Shown piece after piece: positions 49,273 through 56,795 of a DNA stretch of 64,000 bases (position 1 is the stretch's first letter; each line of letters begins with the position of its first letter). Origin of the DNA: Candidatus Omnitrophota bacterium (GTDB lineage: Bacteria; Omnitrophota; Gorgyraeia; Gygaellales; Profunditerraquicolaceae); NCBI GenBank assembly GCA_026387335.1, contig JAPLLX010000001.1, positions 170,620-234,619 on the forward strand. Direction: 5' to 3'. The translations under genes and the position numbers were made by a program. The notes under the pieces are model-generated. The model had not been told where the DNA came from. It saw only the letters and a list, made by a program, of their open reading frames with translations, and ran no database searches.

Positions 49273-49977
49273 ATGCCGGATAAGTTAGAGGTTTTAATTA
49301 AAAAAGTTTACAACAGATGGAAGAGGCGCTCTAGGGTTAACGATGCTCATCCTGATGAAGAGGCCATGGCTTGTTTTTTTGATGGTTGCTTAAGCTATGA
49401 AGAAAGCGAGCGGATAAAAGCCCATTTAGCTGCTTGTGATGATTGCGCTCATCTTTTTGCTCTTAGCTTAAACGCTGAAAGTTCCGCTGAATTAAAAGAG
49501 GTGCCTGAAGAGCTGCTAAACAGGGTGCTGGAGTTATTGAAATCAAATGATAAGCCGTCGATCCTGGATATTGTTTTACGGCTCAAAGAGAATATGCTTG
49601 AGATAATCAATGCCAGCGGAGATATTCTTTTAGGCCAGGAGTTAATTCCCGTACCGCTATTACGCAGCCGTAAAATCCGGGATTTTAAGGAGGAAGTCAC
49701 TATATTCAAGGATTTTAAGAATATTCGATTAGAGGTGCGGATAGAAAATAAGGATGGAAAATTCTTTAACTTAATGACCAGGGCTATTTTTAAGCCTGGC
49801 GCGCTACCCTTTAAAGGCTTAAGGGTTACTCTCTTTAAGGATGGTTTGGAATTAGAATCCTACCTTAGCGATTCGGGTTCGGTTAATTTTGAGCATGTTG
49901 CCTTGGGTAAATATGAGTTAGAGCTGAGCAACGATAGCGGTAAGTTCGCTTCAGTGGTTTTAGATATTAAGGCCTAA
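49273..49977 (+). CDS. soluble zinc-binding (ZAS-type, HxxxCxxC) anti-sigma factor candidate
   Basis: HLAACDDC motif. No TM segment. RBS AAGGAGG. Confidence 0.55.
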   Translation: MPDKLEVLIKKVYNRWKRRSRVNDAHPDEEAMACFFDGCLSYEESERIKAHLAACDDCAHLFALSLNAESSAELKEVPEELLNRVLELLKSNDKPSILDIVLRLKENMLEIINASGDILLGQELIPVPLLRSRKIRDFKEEVTIFKDFKNIRLEVRIENKDGKFFNLMTRAIFKPGALPFKGLRVTLFKDGLELESYLSDSGSVNFEHVALGKYELELSNDSGKFASVVLDIKA

Positions 49978-49985
49978 ATAAAAGA

Positions 49986-52205
49986 ATGCCAGAAGAAAAG
50001 ACCCTTATTTTGGAGATTAGCCGCCAGGTTGACCTGCTGAAGATGAGCCTTTTTGAGGCCAACGACTCTCCGGCAACCCTAAAGCAATATAGCCAGCACA
50101 AAGTCGATCTTAGCCAGATTGATCGGCTCTGCGCCGAGGTCACTTCAGTATTAAATAAGGTTGTCTTACAGGATAGCGCTTTAATTAGAAGCTTACAGAA
50201 AACAGGACAGGCCCTCTGGGATCATCTTTTAAGCCGTTCGGTTAAAGAGAGGTTAAAATCATCCCTCTCTGCCAACTTAGCGCTGACCATTGATGAAGAG
50301 CTGATTAATATTCCCTGGGAACTGCTTTATGATGGAGATAATTTTCTCTGCCTGAAATTTAACTTAGGAAGGCTGGTTAGGACGAAAAGCCAGGCTAGCC
50401 GGGTGCAATACCGCTCGGCTACGCATATTTTTAAGATGTTAATTTTGGCCAATCCGACCAATGATTTAAAATGCGCTTATCAGGAAGGCCTAAGCATTAA
50501 AAACCAGTTTGACCGTAAGCGTTCAAACATACACGTTGATTTTAAATCCACAAATATAGATAAGTTATACCTAAAGAAGAACCTTTGCGACTATGACATT
50601 ATACATTTTGCCGGGCATGGCGAGTATGACCAGTATAACCAGAAAAATAGCGGATGGGTCTTAAGCGACGGGAAATTTAATATACAGGATATTTTAAGCA
50701 TGGGGCAGGCTGTTTCTTTGCCGGCGTTGGTTTTTTCTAATGCCTGTAATTCGGCGCAAGGTAACGCCAGCGGTATAATTGAGGCGGATTATCAGAAGAG
50801 ATATTATTCCTTTGCTTCGGCCTTCCTTTTTTCAGGAGTCAGGCATTACATCGGCTCAATACGCAAGATTGATGATTTCGCCAGCCTGGCTTTCGCCAAA
50901 GAATTTTATCACCATTTAATCTTCGGGAAATCTGTCGGTGAAAGTTTGCGTTTAAGCAGGATCAAGTTAGTCCGGGATTATGGGCTCATCTCTTTACATT
51001 GGGCGAATTACCTGCTTTATGGAGACCCGGCTTTTTTTCTCTTTAAGCCCAAAGACAAAGCGTTTAAGAGCAGGGATAAAATAAGGGTAAGGCTAAACCG
51101 GAAATGGCTGGCCGGGTTTTTAATTTTAGCCGCCGGCATAGGGTTAGGTCTATGTCTCTTTATGTTTTTACCTACGCTTAATCCAAATGCCTACCGTTTA
51201 TTCTTGAAGTCCAGGGATTTATTTAGCAAAGGCGATAACCAGCAAGTTATCCAGCTGGCTGACCGGATTATTAAGAAAGACCCGGACTTCCGGGATATTT
51301 ACCGGTTGCTTGGCGATACTTACCTTAGGCTGGGGAATAAGGAGAGGGCCTTAAAATATTATTTTGACTACGCGCTTTTAGCGGAGAAGAAGCGGGATTT
51401 TAAGTGTTTAGCCGCAGGCTATATTGAAATTGGCTGGCTTTACCAACTGCAAGGTGAATACCTTAAGGCAGCTGATTTTTATAATAAGGCCCTGGAATTG
51501 GCGCGCAAGAACAATGATAAATTAAATGAAGCCGTAGCCATGCGTAAGCTGGCTGTATGGCATATAGATAAGGATGAAAACGATTTGGCCTTAAGTCTTT
51601 TAACCAAAAGCGCCGAGATTAACCGCGAAAGGCAGTATTCTTATGAGCATCGCTATAACCTGGCTTGCGATTATTTTGATATCGGATTGGTTTTTTCCAA
51701 TAAGGAGGATTTTAAAGCCGCGGATGAGTTTTACCGCAAAAGCCGGGTGATTTTTGAGAGACTTAAAATTAAGAATGGTTTAAGCGATTATTATTTTAAT
51801 CTTGGGGAATTGTGTTTATTTGAAAAACAGTATCAAAAGGCCAAAGATTATTACTTAGCCGGGCTAAGGATAGATTTGAGCCAGGGGAATAAATTGAACC
51901 TGCCTTCGGATTATAACATGATCGGCGAGCTGTATCTTGAGATGGATATGCTACTGGAAGCTAAACTTGCCTTGGAAGAGTCGCTAAATGCCGCAAAAGA
52001 GATCCAGGCGCAGCCGGAAGTGGCCGCGGCGTATCATAATTTAGGTTTGTTGTATAAGAAACTGGGAAAAAAGAATAAGGCCAAGGAATTCTTGCGGCTG
52101 GCGCAGGAAATTTACAGTATTATTGACCCCTTGGCTTATAAAGAGGTAAAAAATGAGATTTTAGGCCTGGATGGGGCAAACCTGCCGGACTTGACAAAGC
52201 CTTAA
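49986..52205 (+). CDS. CHAT-domain (caspase-like) protease fused via one TM helix to C-terminal TPR repeats
   Basis: His in HFAGHGEYD and Cys in FSNACNSAQG form the catalytic dyad. TM helix FLILAAGIGLGLCLFMFL. Several TPR repeats follow. Confidence 0.75.
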   Translation: MPEEKTLILEISRQVDLLKMSLFEANDSPATLKQYSQHKVDLSQIDRLCAEVTSVLNKVVLQDSALIRSLQKTGQALWDHLLSRSVKERLKSSLSANLALTIDEELINIPWELLYDGDNFLCLKFNLGRLVRTKSQASRVQYRSATHIFKMLILANPTNDLKCAYQEGLSIKNQFDRKRSNIHVDFKSTNIDKLYLKKNLCDYDIIHFAGHGEYDQYNQKNSGWVLSDGKFNIQDILSMGQAVSLPALVFSNACNSAQGNASGIIEADYQKRYYSFASAFLFSGVRHYIGSIRKIDDFASLAFAKEFYHHLIFGKSVGESLRLSRIKLVRDYGLISLHWANYLLYGDPAFFLFKPKDKAFKSRDKIRVRLNRKWLAGFLILAAGIGLGLCLFMFLPTLNPNAYRLFLKSRDLFSKGDNQQVIQLADRIIKKDPDFRDIYRLLGDTYLRLGNKERALKYYFDYALLAEKKRDFKCLAAGYIEIGWLYQLQGEYLKAADFYNKALELARKNNDKLNEAVAMRKLAVWHIDKDENDLALSLLTKSAEINRERQYSYEHRYNLACDYFDIGLVFSNKEDFKAADEFYRKSRVIFERLKIKNGLSDYYFNLGELCLFEKQYQKAKDYYLAGLRIDLSQGNKLNLPSDYNMIGELYLEMDMLLEAKLALEESLNAAKEIQAQPEVAAAYHNLGLLYKKLGKKNKAKEFLRLAQEIYSIIDPLAYKEVKNEILGLDGANLPDLTKP

Positions 52206-52220
52206 AAAATATGTTATACT
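52191..52220 (+). promoter_or_regulatory. sigma-70-like promoter TTGACA-18-TATACT upstream of the riboswitch
   Basis: Read directly. The -35 lies within the last codons of the CHAT gene. Confidence 0.45.
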
Positions 52221-52257
52221 TTTTTAGTTGATATTTGACAATTTAAACCTGACCTAA

Positions 52258-52345
52258 TGAAAAGGCTAACCAGCAGCAATGCTGGGGCGCAAAACTTCCG
52301 GACCCGCCAAAGGCGGGCTAGCGGGGTTGCCAAAAGGAGCTAACC
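52258..52345 (+). ncRNA. c-di-GMP-I (GEMM) riboswitch aptamer candidate
   Basis: GGCUAACC, a 4-bp hairpin with a GCAA tetraloop, GGGGCGCAAAAC, the P3 hairpin CCCGCC-AAAG-GCGGG, and CUAGCGGGGUUGCC. This closely parallels the Vc2 pattern GGCAAACC-[GNRA hairpin]-GGGACGCAAAGCC ... GGUAGCGGGGUUACC. Confidence 0.6.
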
Positions 52346-52372
52346 CTAAAATTAATCCTTTTAGGGTTTTTT
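52342..52372 (+). terminator. intrinsic terminator (riboswitch expression platform)
   Basis: AACCCTAAAA-ttaatcc-TTTTAGGGTT followed by TTTTTG. It overlaps the 3' strand of the aptamer. Confidence 0.6.
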
Positions 52373-52445
52373 GTTGCAGAGGGCAACACACCGAACCATC
52401 CGATAGGTTTGGGTGACCCTGGAGGAGGGCGCAAAGGAGGCTAAG

Positions 52446-52553
52446 ATGAGGCGAATGCATAGAAAGTTAATGCGCAAACCAGCAAGAAGGCACCATAAGA
52501 GGCAGCCAAGCTTTATCCAGGCTATAAGGCTATATTTAGGCATGCCAGCGTAA
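52446..52553 (+). CDS. 35-aa highly basic small protein (MRRMHRKLMRKPARRHHKRQPSFIQAIRLYLGMPA)
   Basis: Consensus SD AAAGGAGG sits 5 nt upstream of the ATG. The ORF lies in the GC-rich island downstream of the riboswitch and is not in the ORF track because it is under 60 aa. Confidence 0.4.
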   Translation: MRRMHRKLMRKPARRHHKRQPSFIQAIRLYLGMPA

Positions 52554-52556
52554 AAT

Positions 52557-52609
52557 AAATAGGGACAGCGACCGTTTTTCTATGGGAAAAACGGTCGCTG
52601 TCCCTATTT
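52557..52609. repeat. hairpin repeat element copy C (same 23-bp arms, 7-nt loop)
   Basis: Read directly. It lies immediately after the small ORF stop. Confidence 0.8.
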
Positions 52610-52618
52610 AAAGTGGCC

Positions 52619-52646
52619 TTGAAAATCAGGGCTGATGTGTTATACT
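52619..52646 (+). promoter_or_regulatory. sigma-70-like promoter TTGAAA-16-TATACT
   Basis: Read directly. The predicted TSS is at the GGCAAGGGG stem. Confidence 0.45.
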
Positions 52647-52733
52647 TAGTTTAGGCAAGGGGTAAACTACCAGCGGGCAGGCAATGCCCGGTAAAAAACA
52701 AAGAAAAATAGAATTCCCCTTGCCAGTTTTATT

Positions 52734-52769
52734 TTCCCCGTATTGAAAAAATGCGGGGATTTTTTTTAA
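52734..52769 (+). terminator. strong intrinsic terminator/attenuator in the leader of the BNR-repeat gene
   Basis: CCCCG-tattgaaaaaatg-CGGGG followed by T8. Confidence 0.6.
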
Positions 52770-52816
52770 GTTAGATTTCTCTACCTCCCGCGTCTATTGA
52801 AGCAGGAGGTGGTAAA

Positions 52817-54367
52817 ATGAAAAAAGTTATAGTAGTTTTAGCAGCGCTGGTTTTGGTGAGCGGGAAGGCCTGGTCGTCAGAGCCTGAGTGGCAGGAGGTA
52901 AGCAGGGGCATAGTTAACGTAAGAAGCGTTTTAGTCAGTCCGGATAACCCTAAAGTAATTTATGCCGGAGCGGATAAAGGGGTATTTAGAACTGAAGACG
53001 CGGGTAATACTTGGCGGAATATCCTTTCAGTCCGCGGGGATAGCCGCGCGGTTAATTATCTGATTTTTGATGCCCAGAATAAAAATGCCCTCTACGCGGC
53101 AACCGGAAACGGTCTCTATTTTAGCGAAAACGCTGGCCAAAGATGGAACAGGATTTTTAAAGGTAAGAATTCATTTGAAAATGAGTGCGTATTCGTAACC
53201 ATAATACCTCAAGGCATGTATCTGGGGACAAAATCCGGTTTGTTCGTTAGTAAAGATAGGGGCCGCTCCTGGTATAAGGAAGCAGGAAAATTAGGGGCAA
53301 GCAGAATATTTAATATTAGCGTTGTTTATAAGGAGCCGGAGCAGCTTTATGTTTCCTGCAGTGATGGGGTATTTAAAACCGTTGATAGCGGGATGACCTG
53401 GGAAAGAATTTTTATCGCGCATCCGGTAGAAAACGGCTTAGAGCAGGAAGAAGAAACTGAAGACCGCGATGAAGATGAACGGCATTCTGAGATAAGGTAT
53501 GTAGCCATAGATCCGCAAAGTCCGGATAATCTATACTTGGCGACCAGCCGCGGAGTATACAAGAGTAAAAACAGGGGCGCGGGTTGGGAATTATTATCCG
53601 AATACGGATTACTCAGCCGCGACACCCAATTTTTATTATTTTCGGATAAATCATCCGGGTTCTATGCAATGAGTAAGTCAGGAGTTTTTATGTATAAGGA
53701 TGACGCCTGGAGAGAACTTTCTTTTAACCTTGCTTCCGGTAGCATTAATTTCTTACTATTGGATAAAGATATGAATTTATACGCCTGTAGCGATAAGGGA
53801 TTATTTAAGACTAGTTTAAGCTATACAAGTTCGTTTGAGGTTCCGGATATAATTTCGGGGTATTCCAACGGAGAGCCCGGGATTGAAGAGGTGCAAAAAC
53901 AGGCAATTAAATACGCTGAGGTAGAGCCCAGTAAAATAATTAATTGGAGGAAGCAGGCGCAGAAAAAAGCTATATTTCCCAAGGTAAGTATGGGTCTGGA
54001 AAGAAATACCGGCGACCTCTGGCACTGGGAGGGCGGTTCAACCACTAAAGATTGCGATGATACTTTAAGGCGCGGACGGGATACGCTGGATTGGGATGTT
54101 ACTTTAAGCTGGGATTTAAGCGAGTTGGTCTGGAATAGCGACCAGACCTCTATTGATACGCGCTCACGGCTGATGGTGCAGCTAAGGGACGACATACTTG
54201 ACGAAGTGAATAAAACATATTTTGAGCGTATTCGGGTTAAGATGGAGATGGATAGTTTACAGATTGAGGATAGAAAGAAGCGCTTTGAAAAAGAATTACG
54301 GGTCAGGGAGTTGACCGCTTCGCTGGACGCCCTTACCGGCGGCTATTTCTCAAGCCATACGCGCTAA
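52817..54367 (+). CDS. secreted BNR/Asp-box repeat beta-propeller protein (Ycf48/sialidase-like repeats)
   Basis: Signal peptide MKKVIVVLAALVLVSGKAWS. At least 5 repeats of S/T-x-D-x-G-x-T/S-W. RBS AGGAGGTG. Confidence 0.7.
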   Translation: MKKVIVVLAALVLVSGKAWSSEPEWQEVSRGIVNVRSVLVSPDNPKVIYAGADKGVFRTEDAGNTWRNILSVRGDSRAVNYLIFDAQNKNALYAATGNGLYFSENAGQRWNRIFKGKNSFENECVFVTIIPQGMYLGTKSGLFVSKDRGRSWYKEAGKLGASRIFNISVVYKEPEQLYVSCSDGVFKTVDSGMTWERIFIAHPVENGLEQEEETEDRDEDERHSEIRYVAIDPQSPDNLYLATSRGVYKSKNRGAGWELLSEYGLLSRDTQFLLFSDKSSGFYAMSKSGVFMYKDDAWRELSFNLASGSINFLLLDKDMNLYACSDKGLFKTSLSYTSSFEVPDIISGYSNGEPGIEEVQKQAIKYAEVEPSKIINWRKQAQKKAIFPKVSMGLERNTGDLWHWEGGSTTKDCDDTLRRGRDTLDWDVTLSWDLSELVWNSDQTSIDTRSRLMVQLRDDILDEVNKTYFERIRVKMEMDSLQIEDRKKRFEKELRVRELTASLDALTGGYFSSHTR

Positions 54368-54449
54368 AACTCCTTGCAATTCCTACCTAGTTATGATAAT
54401 TTAATTAAGCTTTCCGCATTAATAATCTTTTAACTTGAGGATAAAAGAT

Positions 54450-54773
54450 ATGAGTATTCTGCATTTTAGCGATGGCAACTTTAAGAAAGAAGTCTTGGAA
54501 TCCAAGGTCCCGGTTATGGTTGATTTTTGGGCGAATTGGTGCGGGCCCTGCAAAATGATCGCTCCGCTAGTTGAAGAGTTAGCCAAGGAATACGCCGGCA
54601 AAATGAAAATCGGCAAGCTGGATGTTGACACTAACCCTAAAAGCGCTGCAGCCTACGGTATTATGTCAATTCCTAGCCTGATATTTATTAAGAACGGCAA
54701 GGTCATGGACCAGGTTACTGGTGCCCTGAATAAGGCGGCCTTAAAGAAAAAAATAGAAGAAAACCTAGAATGA
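54450..54773 (+). CDS. trxA: thioredoxin
   Basis: WANWCGPCKMIAP. RBS GAGGA sits 8 nt upstream. Confidence 0.9.
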   Translation: MSILHFSDGNFKKEVLESKVPVMVDFWANWCGPCKMIAPLVEELAKEYAGKMKIGKLDVDTNPKSAAAYGIMSIPSLIFIKNGKVMDQVTGALNKAALKKKIEENLE

Positions 54774-55858
54774 AGAAAATATTCATCGCTGCTACCAAGC
54801 AGAATGATGGTAAGACCACGGTTTCATTAGGCTTAATCCGCAATTTCCAGAATATCTTTAAAAAAGTATGTTTCATTAAGCCGATCGGCCAGCGTTACCT
54901 GGAAGAAGAAGGCCTGAAAATTGACGAAGATTCTGTCCTGATCGAGGAAGTCTGCGGCATAAAGTGCGGGCTAAAAGATATGAGCCCGATTGCCGTAGAA
55001 AAAGGATTTACAGAGAGGTATATCGCCTCTCCCAATAAAGAATCCATTAGCCGGCAGATTAAAGATTCGTTTCGCCGGGTTTCTAAAGGACAGAATTTAG
55101 TTATTGTTGAAGGGACGGGCCACGCCGGAGTAGGTTCGGTTTTTGACCATTCTAACGCTACAGTCGCGAAATTGCTGGGTTCAAAAGCAATATTGATCTC
55201 TTCCGGAGGAGTAGGCCGGCCGATTGATGAGATTATTCTGAATAAAGCGCTCTTTGAACGGGAAGGCGTTAAGCTCTTAGGTGTAATCATTAATAAGGTC
55301 CTTCCGGATAAATTTAACAAAATCAATGATCTGGTCAGGAGGGGATTAAAGAGGAAAGGCGTAGATGTTTTAGGGGTAATTCCTTATAACCCTATGCTTT
55401 CACGCCCGACCATTGAGCAGATCCTGGAAGAAACAGGTTTTGAGATTTTGTGCGGTAAGGAATATTTGGAGTCATACGTTTCTCAGGTCATTGTCGGGGC
55501 AATGGAGCCGCGCGACGCAGTAAAATATATCGTTGAAGATAGCCTGGTGATTACGCCCGGAGATCGGGAAGATATGATTATGACTGTTTTAAGCTGTTTT
55601 CGAGAGAAAAACGCTAAAAGGCTTAAGGCTAGCGGTATAGTTTTATCCGGAGGGATAACACCGGAACAGCCGATAATGAATTTATTATATAAAGCCCAGA
55701 TTCCGATTTTACTGGCTAAGTCCGATACCTATGATGTGGCAACTTCTATTCATGATTTAACCGTAAAGATCCGGCCGCGGGATAAGGAAAAAATTAACGC
55801 GGTAGTGAAATTGATTAAGGATAACGTAGACTTAAATAAAATATTGAAAGGGATGTAA
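54770..55858 (+). CDS. phosphotransacetylase N-terminal-domain-like protein (P-loop/DRTGG domains) encoded separately
   Basis: N-terminal MKKIFIAATKQNDGKTTVSLGL (CobQ/Pta N-terminal P-loop-like). ATGA overlap with trxA. Confidence 0.6.
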   Translation: MKKIFIAATKQNDGKTTVSLGLIRNFQNIFKKVCFIKPIGQRYLEEEGLKIDEDSVLIEEVCGIKCGLKDMSPIAVEKGFTERYIASPNKESISRQIKDSFRRVSKGQNLVIVEGTGHAGVGSVFDHSNATVAKLLGSKAILISSGGVGRPIDEIILNKALFEREGVKLLGVIINKVLPDKFNKINDLVRRGLKRKGVDVLGVIPYNPMLSRPTIEQILEETGFEILCGKEYLESYVSQVIVGAMEPRDAVKYIVEDSLVITPGDREDMIMTVLSCFREKNAKRLKASGIVLSGGITPEQPIMNLLYKAQIPILLAKSDTYDVATSIHDLTVKIRPRDKEKINAVVKLIKDNVDLNKILKGM

Positions 55859-55861
55859 AAG

Positions 55862-56794
55862 ATGAACGCAATTGAACAGATCCGCCAGAGGGCAAGAAAA
55901 AAGATAAAATCCATCGTGCTTCCGGAATATAATGATCCGCGCGTAATTGAGGCAGCGCGTATTATTCAGGGAGAGGGTTTGGCTAAGGTTACGCTTTTTA
56001 CCAAGGAGATGGTGGATAATCAAGAGAGAGAGCGCTATATTCAGGAATATTATGAAACATATAAGGCAAAAGATATTGATATTTCGCAGGTGAGAAAACT
56101 TTTTGAAGCGGATACGCTTTATTATACCGCGATGATGACTACAGAGGGTAAGTTTGACGGATTGGTTGCTGGAGCCGCGCACACAACTCCGGATATGGTC
56201 AGGGCTTCTATGCGCTGTATCGGGATAGACGAGCGTATCACCATAATTTCCAGTTGTTTTATTATGGATGTCCCGAATTGCCCTTATGGGGAATCCGGGA
56301 CTTTTGTATTCGCGGATTGCGGCGTAATACCGGATCCAAATTCGCGACAATTATCCCGTATCGCCCTTTCGGCCGCGGAATTAGCCGGAAAGGTTTTGGA
56401 GATTACCCCGCGTATAGCTTTTTTAAGTTATTCCACTAAAGGCTCAGCCAGAGCTAAATCCGCTGAGAAAATTGCCGAGGCGCTCTCTATGCTTAAAGAG
56501 CTGGCTCCCGGAATGCTGGCGGATGGAGAGATGCAGGTGGATGCGGCGATTGTCCCGGACGTAGCCAAAATAAAATATCCGGATAGCCCGCTAGGTGGAA
56601 AAGCGAATGTTTTAATATTTCCTAATTTAGAGGCAGGCAATATTGGCTATAAATTAACCCAGCGGCTCTCTGGAGCCAGGGCATTAGGGCCGTTGCTTCT
56701 GGGCCTAAATAAGCCGGCTAGCGATTTATCGCGCGGATGCTTAGTTGAAGACGTTGTGGATTGCGTAGCGGTAACAGCAATAAGGGCGCAATAA
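55862..56794 (+). CDS. pta: phosphate acetyltransferase (catalytic PTA_PTB domain)
   Basis: IVLPEYNDPRVIEAARII ... SRGCLVEDVV. Confidence 0.85.
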   Translation: MNAIEQIRQRARKKIKSIVLPEYNDPRVIEAARIIQGEGLAKVTLFTKEMVDNQERERYIQEYYETYKAKDIDISQVRKLFEADTLYYTAMMTTEGKFDGLVAGAAHTTPDMVRASMRCIGIDERITIISSCFIMDVPNCPYGESGTFVFADCGVIPDPNSRQLSRIALSAAELAGKVLEITPRIAFLSYSTKGSARAKSAEKIAEALSMLKELAPGMLADGEMQVDAAIVPDVAKIKYPDSPLGGKANVLIFPNLEAGNIGYKLTQRLSGARALGPLLLGLNKPASDLSRGCLVEDVVDCVAVTAIRAQ

Positions 56795-56795
56795 A

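Noticed and set aside
52258-52556. RNase P RNA, tmRNA or SRP RNA in the GC-rich island
   Set aside because: Checked by eye for RNase P P4 motifs (GGAAAGUCCGG, ACAGAACCCGGCUUA) and for the tmRNA T-arm/CCA end. None were found. An SRP-like 9-mer GCAGCCAAG is present, but alone it is at chance level. The region is better explained by a GEMM-like aptamer plus a small ORF.
46234-52609. CRISPR array
   Set aside because: The repeated units are inverted-repeat hairpins with their own variable loops. They are separated by 2-4 kb of coding DNA, not by short spacers, and there are no cas genes.
54895-55326. Minus-strand 143-aa ORF, and similar minus ORFs at 60757..61200, 61954..62333 and 53821..54195
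   Set aside because: All are antisense to well-supported + strand genes (the Pta N-domain, trxB, pckG, the BNR protein). No RBS or motifs.
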